Assembly (NCBI GenBank): GCA_021779535.1
Contig: JAJYAM010000001.1
Coordinates: 12,595-76,594 of the forward strand
From: Pseudomonadota bacterium
GTDB lineage: Bacteria; Pseudomonadota; Gammaproteobacteria; Steroidobacterales; Steroidobacteraceae
Length of the DNA: 64,000 bases
Direction: 5' to 3'
Position 1 is the first letter of the stretch. Each line of letters starts with the position of its first letter. Made by a program: the position numbers and the translations under genes. Of the stretch, positions 39,816 through 50,004 are shown piece by piece. Below the pieces are notes generated by a model. The model was given only the letters and a program-made list of their open reading frames with translations. It was not told the DNA's origin and did not search any database.

Positions 39816-40400
39816 ATGGGCAAAGGGCGTCTGGAAGCCTTCAGTGACGGCGTGATCGCGATCATCATCACGATCATGGTGCTGGAACTGAAACCGCCGA
39901 GCGGCGCCGGCTTCGCGGCGCTCGCCGCGATCGTACCGACCTTCCTCAGCTACGTGCTCAGCTTCCTCTACGTCGGGATCTACTGGAACAACCACCACCA
40001 CATGCTGCACGCCGTTCGCAGCGTGAGCGGCGCCGTGCTTTGGGCCAATCTGCACCTGCTGTTCTGGTTGTCGCTGATCCCGTTCGCCACCGGCTGGATG
40101 GACCGCAACGACTTCGCGACCGCTCCCGTCGCCGTGTACGGGGTGGTGCTGCTGATGGCCGCGGTCGCCTACTTCAACCTCGCCCGCTGTCTCGCGGCCG
40201 CCAACGGCCGCGATTCGCCGCTCGCGCTGGCCTTCGGCCGCGACCTCAAGGGACTGCTGTCGATCGCGCTGTATGCGGCCGGGATCGCGGCGTCTTTCGC
40301 CTCCACGCGTGCGGCGCTCGGCATCTACGTGCTGGTCGCCGGCATCTGGTTCGTGCCCGACCCGCGCATCGAGGGATCCGCTTGGAAATCGCTCCCCTGA
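39816..40400 (+). CDS. TMEM175-family (DUF1211) potassium channel homologue
   Basis: 194 aa. Signature RLEAFSDGVIAI at the N-terminus and 6 TM segments. Confidence 0.8.
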   Translation: MGKGRLEAFSDGVIAIIITIMVLELKPPSGAGFAALAAIVPTFLSYVLSFLYVGIYWNNHHHMLHAVRSVSGAVLWANLHLLFWLSLIPFATGWMDRNDFATAPVAVYGVVLLMAAVAYFNLARCLAAANGRDSPLALAFGRDLKGLLSIALYAAGIAASFASTRAALGIYVLVAGIWFVPDPRIEGSAWKSLP

Positions 40401-40780
40401 TCGTCCATCGCGGCGGCTGCCATTGCGGCCGGGTGCGCTTCGAGGTGCTCGCGCCGGCGCGGCTCGAGGTCGCGGAGTGCAACTGCTCGATCTGCACGAA
40501 GGCGGGGTTCCTCCACCTGATCGTGCCGGCGGAACGCTTCACCCTGATCCAGGGTCGCGAGACGCTGCAGAGCTACCGATTCAACACCGGCAGGGCCGAA
40601 CACCTGTTCTGCCGGATCTGCGGCGTGAAATCATTCTATGTGCCGCGGTCGCATCCTGACGGGTTCAGCGTGAACGCGCGCTGCCTCGACGACGCCACGG
40701 TCGAGTCGATGAACGTGACCGCGATCGACGGACGCCACTGGGAGCGCGCGTTCCCTGCCGGGCGGGGCGAGTTCGACTGA
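40382..40780 (+). CDS. GFA-family (glutathione-dependent formaldehyde-activating-like) Zn protein
   Basis: GGCHCGRVRF, CNCSIC, FCRICG. The start is uncertain; TTG at 40382 overlaps the upstream gene end. Confidence 0.7.
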   Translation: MEIAPLIVHRGGCHCGRVRFEVLAPARLEVAECNCSICTKAGFLHLIVPAERFTLIQGRETLQSYRFNTGRAEHLFCRICGVKSFYVPRSHPDGFSVNARCLDDATVESMNVTAIDGRHWERAFPAGRGEFD

Positions 40781-40842
40781 GACCGCGGATCCCGACGCCG
40801 CCGGCCGGCCTCGAGGGCCCCATCGGAATGAGGCGCTGGTGA

Positions 40843-41534
<692 letters not shown>

Positions 41535-41636
41535 CGGCCCCGCCGACGCGCGATCGGCGGCATGCCGCGCGACGCGGCCGACCCGTCCGGCGCCCGGCGG
41601 ATCCACATCGCCGGGATCCCGCCCGGCGACCGCACG

Positions 41637-42011
41637 TCACGACCCTCCGGCGGGACGTCGGTGGCGCAGCACCCGCCGGTACACCGCCGCGTTCACGGCG
41701 ATCACCAGCGCCGCGAGACCGAATTGCATCGTTCGCGTGAGCCCGGCCGGGTAGATGATCGCGAGCAAATAATGCTCGATGAAACTGCCCTGATACCCGG
41801 CCTGCCCCGCGCGCACGCGCAGCGCGTTCTCCCAAACCGTCAGCGGGCAGATCCGGCCGCTGAGCTCGACGTACGCTCCCCAAGCGGCCGCCGGCAGATG
41901 CACGACCGCCCAGGCGCGATGCCGGATCGCGAGCCAGCCGCCCAGCATCACGAACACGATGAACGCGAGGTGCACGAGGAGTACCGACTCGGCGGCGAGT
42001 GCATAGAACAT
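41637..42011 (-). CDS. DUF2784-like small membrane protein
   Basis: 124 aa from MFYALAAESV, with 3-4 TM segments and a GRICPLT motif. Confidence 0.55.
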   Translation of the reverse strand: MFYALAAESVLLVHLAFIVFVMLGGWLAIRHRAWAVVHLPAAAWGAYVELSGRICPLTVWENALRVRAGQAGYQGSFIEHYLLAIIYPAGLTRTMQFGLAALVIAVNAAVYRRVLRHRRPAGGS

Positions 42012-42148
42012 CGCGCATCTCCAGACTGGGCCCCCCGGGAGCGCGGCGCCGCCCCCGAAGGAGTGGGGAATTCTAACCCGCGCTCGCCGGGCGCGGTGTC
42101 GAGCGAGCACGCCGGTGCGCGCCGACCGGCACTGACGGGGCCCGGCTA

Positions 42149-42177
42149 TTCCGTCGTCGGCCGGCTGTCGCTATACT
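42149..42177 (+). promoter_or_regulatory. sigma-70-like promoter TTCCGT-N17-TATACT
   Basis: It ends 39 nt upstream of the cytochrome c5 GTG. A TATACT hexamer is rare in this GC-rich DNA. Confidence 0.35.
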
Positions 42178-42216
42178 CGAACGATAATCATTTTTGGCCT
42201 ATTTCAGCGAGTCACC

Positions 42217-42726
42217 GTGTCCAACGCCGAAACCTCGGATTCTCACTTCCTGAACTTGTTCAGCGTCATGCTCGGAATTCTGATCGTCACCGCGATCGGT
42301 TTGTTTGCGCTGGCCCGATCCCTCGGTCGAGTCCAGCTGAAGGATCAGATGACCCAGGCGACGTATCTCAGCGCGGTGCAAAACAATATCGCTCCGTTCG
42401 CCCGGGAAGCCATTGCGGGGCAAGACAACTCCGCGCTCACGATGTCGCCGGCGGCTCCGCCCGCCGCACCCGCGGCGAACATACCGAAGACGGGAGAGGC
42501 CGCCTTCCAGCAAGTCTGCTCGTCCTGCCATGGGCTCGGGCTCAACGGCGCGCCGAAGGCCGGCGACAAGGCCGCATGGGCACCGCGCATCGCGCAAGGC
42601 ATGGCGGTGCTCTACCAGCACGCCGAGCACGGCTACAAGGCGATGCCGCCCCGGGGTGGTACGAACTGGCCGGACGCGACGATCCGCGCCGCGGTCGATT
42701 ACATGGTATCGCTCGCGAAGAAATGA
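42217..42726 (+). CDS. membrane-anchored cytochrome c5 (class I c-type cytochrome)
   Basis: 169 aa. N-terminal TM anchor, Pro/Ala linker, CSSCHG haem site, and a distal Met in KAMPPRGG. Confidence 0.8.
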   Translation: MSNAETSDSHFLNLFSVMLGILIVTAIGLFALARSLGRVQLKDQMTQATYLSAVQNNIAPFAREAIAGQDNSALTMSPAAPPAAPAANIPKTGEAAFQQVCSSCHGLGLNGAPKAGDKAAWAPRIAQGMAVLYQHAEHGYKAMPPRGGTNWPDATIRAAVDYMVSLAKK

Positions 42727-42744
42727 CCGCCTCGGGCCAGCTCG

Positions 42745-44256
42745 TCACACGAGTGCCCGGTCCAACGCGCGAAGCTGAATGGCCTCGGCGACGTGCATCG
42801 CCTCGATCCGCGTAGAGCCTGCGAGGTCGGCACAGGTGCGCGCGAGTTTCAGCACCCGCTGATGCGCCCGCACCGACAGCCCGAGTCGCTCGTACGCGCG
42901 GGCGGCGAGGGCGGCGGCGACACGATCGAGCCCGCAGTGGACCGGGACCTCCGCCGGCTCGAGCCGCGCATTGGTTTTGCCTTGGCGTTCGATCTGTGCG
43001 CACCGCGCACGGCTGACCCGCTCGGCGACCGCGGCAGTTCGTTCGTCCGCCACCGCACCGCGCCCATCGACGGCGACCTCGGCCGCCGAGGGCATCGCGA
43101 GCTCCACGTGAATGTCGATCCGATCGATCAACGGGCCCGACACCCGCGCACGATAGCGGCGGATTTGCTCGGCGGTGCAGCGGCAGCGGCCGCGGGTATC
43201 GCCGTGGTATCCACAGGGGCAAGGATTCATCGCGGCGACGAGCTGAAACGCGGCGGGCCATTCGTAGCAGCGCTTCGCGCGGGACAGTACGACCGTCCCG
43301 CTCTCGAGCGGCTCGCGCAACGCTTCGAGGGCATTGCGCGGAAATTCCGGGAGCTCGTCGAGGAACAGCACGCCCCGGTGTGCGCGGGAAATCTCCCCCG
43401 GCCGGGAGCCGCTGCCGGTCAGCGCCGCGACCGACGCGGTGTGGTGCGGCGCGCGAAAGGGGCGCGCGGGGAAGCCGCCGGGACGCGCGCCTGCGGCGGA
43501 CTCGAGGCTCGCCACCTCGAGCCGCTCGCACCCGTCGAGGGGCGGAAGAATGCCTCCGAGCCGTTCGGCGAGCATCGTCTTGCCGGTTCCCGGCGGACCG
43601 ATCATCAACAGTCCGTGCTCGCCGGCCGCGGCGATCTCGAGCGCGCGCTTGGCCCACCGCTGGCCGCGCACGTCCGCGAGGTCCGCGAACGGCGGCGCCG
43701 CGGCGCGGGTCGGCGGCGGCGGCGGCGGTAGCGAGTCGTTATCCAGCATCGCCGCGCGCAGCTGTGGCAGATCGCGCGCCATGCGGATCCGCGCGCCGGG
43801 CACCAGGCCCGCCTCCAGCGCGTTCGCGGCGGGCACGATCAATTCCCGGCCGTCCGCCGCGCCGGCGATCAGCGCGGGTAACAGTTTCGTCGTTTCCCGC
43901 AGCTCGCCACCGAGCGACAGCTCGCCGTAGAACTCGCGGCTCGCGGTGCATTCGGCCGGCAACTGTCCCGTCGCGGTCAGCACGCCGACCGCGATCGGCA
44001 AATCGAACCGCCCGCCTTCCTTGGGTAGATCAGCGGGCGCAAGATTCACGGTGATTCGCGCGGCCGGAAACTCGAAACCCGCGCTCACCAGCGCGGCGCG
44101 AACGCGTTCGCGGCTCTCGCGCACCACCGTCTCGGGCAAGCCGACGATCGCGAACTGAGGCAAGCCCGCACCCAGGTGCACCTCGACGCGCACCAGCGGT
44201 GCGGCGAGCCCGAGCGGGGCTCGGCTCAAGGTCGCGCTGACGGCGGCACGGCGCAC
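42745..44256 (-). CDS. comM: YifB/ComM-family Mg-chelatase-like AAA+ ATPase
   Basis: 503 aa. Lon-like N-domain (VEVHLGAGLPQFAIVGLPE), GPPGTGKTM, GVLFLDELPEF. Confidence 0.9.
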   Translation of the reverse strand: MRRAAVSATLSRAPLGLAAPLVRVEVHLGAGLPQFAIVGLPETVVRESRERVRAALVSAGFEFPAARITVNLAPADLPKEGGRFDLPIAVGVLTATGQLPAECTASREFYGELSLGGELRETTKLLPALIAGAADGRELIVPAANALEAGLVPGARIRMARDLPQLRAAMLDNDSLPPPPPPTRAAAPPFADLADVRGQRWAKRALEIAAAGEHGLLMIGPPGTGKTMLAERLGGILPPLDGCERLEVASLESAAGARPGGFPARPFRAPHHTASVAALTGSGSRPGEISRAHRGVLFLDELPEFPRNALEALREPLESGTVVLSRAKRCYEWPAAFQLVAAMNPCPCGYHGDTRGRCRCTAEQIRRYRARVSGPLIDRIDIHVELAMPSAAEVAVDGRGAVADERTAAVAERVSRARCAQIERQGKTNARLEPAEVPVHCGLDRVAAALAARAYERLGLSVRAHQRVLKLARTCADLAGSTRIEAMHVAEAIQLRALDRALV

Positions 44257-44309
44257 TTTCGGTCCTCGCGCAAGCCCCGACTCGGCGCCGCACCCGGCGT
44301 GGAGCGAGT

Positions 44310-44567
44310 TCAGGCCGGCCGGGTCTTCGCTTCCAGTTCCGCGAGCCGGGCCTCGATCGCGGCCAGTTGTTCGCGCGCGCGGGCGAGCGCCGCCGACTGT
44401 ACGTCGAAATCCTGGCGCGTGACGATGTCGAGCTTCGCGAGCTGCGCCTGCAACACCGTCTTGAAATTCGCCTCGAGGTCGCGTGCGAGCGCCCGCATGG
44501 GCGGGGGCACCACCTCCGCGAGCCGGCGCGCGATCTCATCGAGCGCGATCGAATCGGTCAAACTCAT
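44310..44567 (-). CDS. ubiK: ubiquinone biosynthesis accessory factor UbiK (YqiC family)
   Basis: 85 aa. TVLQAQLAKLDIVTRQDFDVQSAALARAREQLAAIEARLAELE closely parallels E. coli UbiK. Confidence 0.85.
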   Translation of the reverse strand: MSLTDSIALDEIARRLAEVVPPPMRALARDLEANFKTVLQAQLAKLDIVTRQDFDVQSAALARAREQLAAIEARLAELEAKTRPA

Positions 44568-44694
44568 CGGAACCTCCGTGAAAATCCGTTGTGGCGCTCT
44601 CCGTTGATGCGCGGCTCGCCCCGCGCGCCCCGCCTCGGTGCGCGCCTCGCGGTCGCGATCCGCGCAAGTCCTTGATCGACAACGATCACGGACA

Positions 44695-44710
44695 TGGCAC
44701 GGAAGCTGCA
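44695..44710 (+). promoter_or_regulatory. sigma-54 (RpoN) promoter TGGCACG-N4-CTGCA
   Basis: TGGCACGGAAGCTGCA matches the consensus TGGCACG-N4-TTGCA at 15 of 16 defined-spacing positions. It ends 74 nt upstream of the P-II-like ATG. Confidence 0.6.
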
Positions 44711-44783
44711 GTTCCTCGGACGATGGTACTCGCAACCCGGGTCGGAAACGCTCCGCTTAACTGATGCGAACGGCAAGGAATGG

Positions 44784-45122
44784 ATGATATTGATCAGCGC
44801 AATCGTAAGGCCTTTCAAGCTCGAGCCGCTACGTCGCGCGATCGTGGATCTCGGCGTCCAAGGCATTACGGTGACCGAGGTTCACGGCGATCCGGGCGAC
44901 CCGGAATCCCTCGACACCCAACGCGCGGACGACCGCGCCACCGGATTGCGGCCGCTGGCAAAGATCGAAATCGCGGTCGACGACTCGATCGGCGAACCGG
45001 TGATCGAAGCGATCTGCAACCTCGCGCGGACCGGCCGCGCCGGGGATGGCGAGCTTTGGGTGGAGGGGCTCCAGGACGCGCTGCGGATCCGCACCGGCGA
45101 ACGCGGCCGGGAGGCGATCTGA
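44784..45122 (+). CDS. divergent P-II (GlnB/GlnK-fold) paralogue with a non-canonical T-loop
   Basis: 112 aa. MILISAIVRPFKLEPLRRAIVDLGVQGITVTEV and ARTGRAGDGELWV..LRIRTGERG align with P-II. The T-loop is HGDPGDPESLDTQRADDRATGLRP, which lacks the Tyr51 context [15 protein letters not shown]. Confidence 0.75.
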   Translation: MILISAIVRPFKLEPLRRAIVDLGVQGITVTEVHGDPGDPESLDTQRADDRATGLRPLAKIEIAVDDSIGEPVIEAICNLARTGRAGDGELWVEGLQDALRIRTGERGREAI

Positions 45123-45205
45123 CCGTCCTCGCTCGCACGCGCTAAAGTTTGGGAAGATCTCGCGCCGGCATTCGACACACCCCCCGTCGGCGCGTATTTC
45201 CTGGC

Positions 45206-45241
45206 GGCGAACCTCGCCATTCGGCGAGTTCGCCGTTTTTT
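45206..45241 (+). terminator. rho-independent terminator
   Basis: GGCGAACCTCGCC, loop attc, GGCGAGTTCGCC (one bulge), followed by G and T6. Confidence 0.7.
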
Positions 45242-45319
45242 CAATTCAATGACACGGCGCGAGATCCTCGGCGTTTATAACCCAGCCGCCCGGCGATCGC
45301 CAATGACGCGATGCCGCAA

Positions 45320-45347
45320 TTGGAAGATATTTTTTCATTGATACACT
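45320..45347 (+). promoter_or_regulatory. sigma-70-like promoter TTGGAA-N16-TACACT
   Basis: AT-rich patch 38 nt upstream of the canonical P-II ATG. Confidence 0.4.
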
Positions 45348-45372
45348 GCAGTCTCATTCCGCGAACATCTGA

Positions 45373-45723
<351 letters not shown>

Positions 45724-45745
45724 TCGCCCCCCGAGGAACGGGATC

Positions 45746-46213
45746 ATGAAGCGCGTTTTGTTGTTCGCCGCCCTGCTCGGATGGTCTGCGCTCGCATCCG
45801 CGACCGTCTACCGGTGGGTCAATGCCAAAGGTCAGCTCCAATACGGGGACTCCCCGCCGGTCGGCGTGCACGCGACGGTCGTGCACTTGCTCGGAGCGGC
45901 CGTGCCGCCGGCACCGGCGAGCGCGGCGGCGACGAACCCGACGCTCTCCAACGCCGCCTTCGCGGCCCAGGCCCTCGCGCAGAGCAAGGCCGAGCGCGAA
46001 CGGCAATCGGTCGCTGCGGACGTCGCGACCGCGCACCAGGCGCAATGCGCCAACGCGAAGCAGCACTACGAAGATCTGATCAACGGCCGGCACATGTATT
46101 CGCTCGGCGCCGGCGGCAAACGCCATTATCTTTCGTCGGCCGAGATCGACGCCGCGCGCCTCGACGCGAAGAAGCAGGTCGACACGCTCTGCGGCAGCGG
46201 CCAGTCGATGTAG
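45746..46213 (+). CDS. DUF4124 domain secreted protein
   Basis: Signal peptide, then the VYRWVNAKGQLQYGDSPP motif. Confidence 0.7.
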   Translation: MKRVLLFAALLGWSALASATVYRWVNAKGQLQYGDSPPVGVHATVVHLLGAAVPPAPASAAATNPTLSNAAFAAQALAQSKAERERQSVAADVATAHQAQCANAKQHYEDLINGRHMYSLGAGGKRHYLSSAEIDAARLDAKKQVDTLCGSGQSM

Positions 46214-46334
46214 CGGCCGCGCGATCGCGGCCGGCACGTCGTCCGCCCGCCGCCGCGCGACCCCTTTGCCGCGAAGGCTTCGAGCGCTTAACCTAGCGCG
46301 CTTCGAACGGATCCCGCGGGAAAGGGTGACAACG

Positions 46335-47222
46335 ATGCGTATCGGCTTCGTCGGGTTGGGCGCGATGGGGGCGCCGATGGCGCGCAATCTGCACCGCGCG
46401 AGCCTCTTGGCCGGGGTGTGGAACCGCACCCAGGGCAAGGCGGCCGCGCTCGCGGCCGAGCTCGGCTGCAACGCGTACCCGACCCTCGCGGATCTCGCCG
46501 CCGATTGCGACGTCGTCGGCATCTGCGTGTCGGCGGACGCGGATCTGCGCGAAGTCGTCGCCGGATTGAGCCCGGGGCTCGGCGCCGGCAAGATCGTGAT
46601 CGATTTTTCGACCGTCGGCGCGGGCACCGCGCGCGCATTGCATGCGCGACTCGCGGCCGGCGGCGTCGGCTTCCTGGATTGCCCCGTCAGTGGCGGGATC
46701 GAAGGCGCGAGACAGGGAACGCTCGCGATCATGGCGGGCGGCGACGAGGCGGTGTTCGAACGCGCCCGACCGGTTCTCGAGGCGGTCGGGCGCAAGATCG
46801 CCCACCTCGGCCCGAGCGGCGCCGGCCAGGCGACGAAGGCGACCAACCAGATCATGTGTGCCGGGATCATCCAGGCCGTCGCCGAGGCGATGGCGTTCGC
46901 GCAGGCGGAAGGCCTGCCGCTCGAGCGGGTGATCGACACGCTCGGCCAAGGAGCGGGATCGAGCTGGTACTTCGTGAACCGTGCGCCCTACATGGCGAAG
47001 GGACAGTATCCGGCCGGCTTCCGCGTGCGCTTGCACGAGAAGGACCTGCGAATTTGCCGCGAGATGGCGGCGGCGCACGGCGCGCGCCTTCCGGTCGTCG
47101 AGTCGACGCTCGCCGAATATGCGGCGCTGATCCGCGACGGCCACGGCGACGAGGACATCTCGACGATCTACCGTTCGAAATCGGCGCTGTTCGCCGACGC
47201 CGACGGCAAGCCCGGCGCCTGA
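46335..47222 (+). CDS. NAD(P)-dependent 3-hydroxyisobutyrate dehydrogenase-family oxidoreductase
   Basis: IGFVGLGAMGAPMARNL, DCPVSGG, GAGQATKATNQ. Confidence 0.8.
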   Translation: MRIGFVGLGAMGAPMARNLHRASLLAGVWNRTQGKAAALAAELGCNAYPTLADLAADCDVVGICVSADADLREVVAGLSPGLGAGKIVIDFSTVGAGTARALHARLAAGGVGFLDCPVSGGIEGARQGTLAIMAGGDEAVFERARPVLEAVGRKIAHLGPSGAGQATKATNQIMCAGIIQAVAEAMAFAQAEGLPLERVIDTLGQGAGSSWYFVNRAPYMAKGQYPAGFRVRLHEKDLRICREMAAAHGARLPVVESTLAEYAALIRDGHGDEDISTIYRSKSALFADADGKPGA

Positions 47223-47230
47223 ACGCGGCC

Positions 47231-48160
47231 ATGACCGCCGCGCCGCTGCGCATCGCGACCCGCAAGAGCCCGCTGGCGCTGTGGCAGGCCGAGCACGTCG
47301 CCGCGCGGCTGCGCGCCGCCCACCCCGGCGTGGACGTCGTGCTGCTGCCGATGTCCACCAAGGGCGATCAGATTCTCGACCGCAGCCTTGCGGCGATCGG
47401 CGGCAAGGGCTTGTTCATCAAGGAGCTCGAGATCGCACTCGAGGAGCGCCGCGCGGATCTCGCGGTGCACTCGATGAAGGACGTGCCCGCCGATCTGCCG
47501 GCGCAATTCACGATCGGCGCGATCCTCGAGCGCGCCGATCCCCGCGACGCGCTCGTCGCCCCCCGGGCCGGCGCGCTCGAAGCGCTGCCGAGCGGCGCGC
47601 GCGTCGGCACCTCGAGCCTGCGCCGGCGCGCCCAACTCCTCGCCGCGCGCCCGGACCTGCGGATCGAGGCGCTGCGCGGAAATTTGAACACCCGCGTCCG
47701 ACGGCTCGACGAGGGTTCGCTCGATGCGATCGTGCTCGCGTGCGCCGGCCTCGCACGGCTCGGCTGGGAGCAGCGGATCGCGGCCCGGTTGCCGCTCGAG
47801 GTATCGCTGCCGGCGGTCGGCCAGGGCGCGATCGGCGTCGAATGCCGTGCGGACGACACGACGATCCTGGCGCGCCTCGCGGCGCTCGAGCACCCGCCGA
47901 CGCGCGTGGCGGTGGACGCCGAGCGGGCATTCTCGCGCCGCCTCGGCGGCGGTTGCCAGTCGCCGGTCGCCGCCCATGCGACGCTCGACGGCGGGCGCCT
48001 CGGGCTCCGCGGGCTCGTCGCCTCGACCGACGGGCGCCGGGTGCTGCGGGATGGGCTGAGCGGCACCGCCGACGCGGCCGCGGCGCTCGGGGAAGCGCTC
48101 GCGCAGCGGATGCTCGCGGCGGGGGCGCGCGAACTCCTCGACCTCCTCGCCGAGGGCTGA
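47231..48160 (+). CDS. hemC: hydroxymethylbilane synthase
   Basis: LRIATRKSPLALWQAEHV, GGKGLFIKELE, GTSSLRR, GGGCQSP. Confidence 0.95.
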   Translation: MTAAPLRIATRKSPLALWQAEHVAARLRAAHPGVDVVLLPMSTKGDQILDRSLAAIGGKGLFIKELEIALEERRADLAVHSMKDVPADLPAQFTIGAILERADPRDALVAPRAGALEALPSGARVGTSSLRRRAQLLAARPDLRIEALRGNLNTRVRRLDEGSLDAIVLACAGLARLGWEQRIAARLPLEVSLPAVGQGAIGVECRADDTTILARLAALEHPPTRVAVDAERAFSRRLGGGCQSPVAAHATLDGGRLGLRGLVASTDGRRVLRDGLSGTADAAAALGEALAQRMLAAGARELLDLLAEG

Positions 48161-48165
48161 GCGCG

Positions 48166-48963
48166 ATGCGCCGGCTGGCGGGTGTCGGCGTACTCGTGAC
48201 CCGGCCACAGGCGCAGTCGGCGCAGTTGTGCCGGCTGCTCGAAGAGCGCGGCGCGGTCGCATTCGCATTGCCCGCGATCACGATCGATGCGCTGGCGGTG
48301 CCCCCCGAGCTCGGGAGACGCATCGGCGCGCCGGACGCGTTCGACCTCGTGGTGTTCACCAGCGCGAACGCGGTGCGGCACGGGGCCGGACTGCTCGGGC
48401 CGCGACGCGATCTCGCGATCGCCGCGATCGGCCCGGCGACGCGGCGTGCGCTGGATCTCGCGGGCCACCGGGTCGCGATCACGCCGCGCGGCGGGTTCGA
48501 TTCCGAGCATCTGCTCGCCGAGCCCGCGCTGCAGGATCTCGGCGGGCAGCGCGTGCTGCTCGTCAAGGGCGTCGGCGGCCGCGACCTGCTCGCGCGCGAG
48601 CTCGCCGCGCGCGGCGCGCGCGTCGAAACGGTCGAGGTCTATCGTCGCGCGCCGGCGTCGCCCGACCCCGCGCGGCTTCGCGAACTCGAGGCGCGGCTCG
48701 GCGCCGGGGCGCTGCAGGTCGTCACGGCGACCAGTCTCGAGGTCGCGGCGGCACTGCTCACGATGTCGACGCCGCCGGTGCGCGCGGCGCTGGATCGGCT
48801 GCACTGGCTGGTCCCCGCCGGGCGGGTCGCGAACGCGCTCGCATCCCTCGGGATCGCCGGGCCCCGGATCGAAGCGACGTCGCCGCAGGACCCGGCGCTC
48901 GTCGATGCGCTGTCGCGCTGGGCGACCGGCCGCTCCGGCGGCTACTCGAACGATTCGAAATAG
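48166..48963 (+). CDS. hemD: uroporphyrinogen-III synthase
   Basis: 265 aa in the position after hemC. VLVTRPQAQ..FTSANAV. Confidence 0.8.
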   Translation: MRRLAGVGVLVTRPQAQSAQLCRLLEERGAVAFALPAITIDALAVPPELGRRIGAPDAFDLVVFTSANAVRHGAGLLGPRRDLAIAAIGPATRRALDLAGHRVAITPRGGFDSEHLLAEPALQDLGGQRVLLVKGVGGRDLLARELAARGARVETVEVYRRAPASPDPARLRELEARLGAGALQVVTATSLEVAAALLTMSTPPVRAALDRLHWLVPAGRVANALASLGIAGPRIEATSPQDPALVDALSRWATGRSGGYSNDSK

Positions 48964-49958
48964 AGCCGATCGGGATCGACCCCCCGCATCGGGAAGGTGC
49001 GGCGCACGGCCTCGATCATCGCCGGCGGACCGCAGGCATACACGTCGAGCTCCGCGAGCGACGCATGGTCGGCGAGCACCGCGTCGTGCACGAATCCGCG
49101 CCGACCGGTCCAATCCGCCTCGGGCTCCGACAGCACGGGCACGTAGCGCAGCTGCGGCGTACGCCGTGCGATCTCGCGGATTCTCGCGTCCGCGTAGAGA
49201 TCGGCCGCGCCCCGCGCGCCGGCGTACAGGCGCACCTCGCGCCGCGCGCCGCGTTCGACGACGTGCCTCAGGATCGCCTGGATCGGCGCATAGCCCGTGC
49301 CGCCCGCAACGAGCAGCAGCGGTGCGGCGTCCGGCGCCGGGCCGACATCGGGCGGATGGTAGCGGAACGAGCCGCGCGGACCTTCGATCGTGAGCAGCCG
49401 CCCGGTCGGGTCGGCCGCGAACAGCGACTCGGTGAACGCTCCGCCCGCCACGCGGCGCACGTGCAGCTCGATCAATCGGGCATCGTGCGGCGGACACGCG
49501 ATCGAGAAGCTGCGTCGACGGCCTTGCGGCAGCAGGACGTCGAGATACTGGCCGGGCAGGAACGCGAAATCCGCGACGGGCGGCAGGCGCAGATACAGCG
49601 CGGCCAGGTCGCGCCCGAGATGCTCGATGCGCGCGATCCGGCACGGCAGGCGCTGCACCGTCACCTCGTCCGGATGACGCACTTCGTCGACGTCGAGCTC
49701 GAGGTCGCCGCTCGCGCGCGCGCGGCACATCAAGATCAGCCCGTCGGCGGCATCCTGCGGACCCAGGCCGAGCGGCGGCCCGTCGGGGTAGTCGACCTCG
49801 CCGCGCAGCAGCCGCGCGCGGCAGGCACCGCAGTTGCCACGCCGGCAGCCGTGAGCGAGTCGCACGCCGGCGGCGATCGCCGCATCGAGCAGCGACGCGC
49901 CCGCATCGACGCGGAACGTGCGCCCGGAGCGGCCGAGGCTCACGCGCACGGCCGGCAC
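48942..49958 (-). CDS. 2Fe-2S ferredoxin / FAD / NAD(P)-binding oxidoreductase (FNR-like reductase)
   Basis: C-x4-C-x2-C (CRRGNCGAC) plus LMC, RRSFSIA, LLLVAGGTGYAPI. GTG at 49958 is chosen because it avoids overlap with parA. The 3' end overlaps the hemD end by 22 nt (convergent). Confidence 0.8.
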   Translation of the reverse strand: MPAVRVSLGRSGRTFRVDAGASLLDAAIAAGVRLAHGCRRGNCGACRARLLRGEVDYPDGPPLGLGPQDAADGLILMCRARASGDLELDVDEVRHPDEVTVQRLPCRIARIEHLGRDLAALYLRLPPVADFAFLPGQYLDVLLPQGRRRSFSIACPPHDARLIELHVRRVAGGAFTESLFAADPTGRLLTIEGPRGSFRYHPPDVGPAPDAAPLLLVAGGTGYAPIQAILRHVVERGARREVRLYAGARGAADLYADARIREIARRTPQLRYVPVLSEPEADWTGRRGFVHDAVLADHASLAELDVYACGPPAMIEAVRRTFPMRGVDPDRLYFESFE

Positions 49959-50004
49959 TCGCGTCCGGGGCGCGCGGGCGGGCCGCGCGGGGTCGGTTCG
50001 CGTC

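Noticed and set aside
44694-44783. ATG at 44694 as the start of a 142-aa P-II-like protein with a 30-aa N-terminal extension
   Set aside because: P-II proteins are 112 aa and begin M-x-L-(I/V)-x-A-I-(I/V)-(K/R)-P-F-K-L, which is exactly what the ATG at 44784 gives. The 44694 ATG is part of the TGGCACG-N4-CTGCA sigma-54 motif. This is not formally excluded without experimental data.
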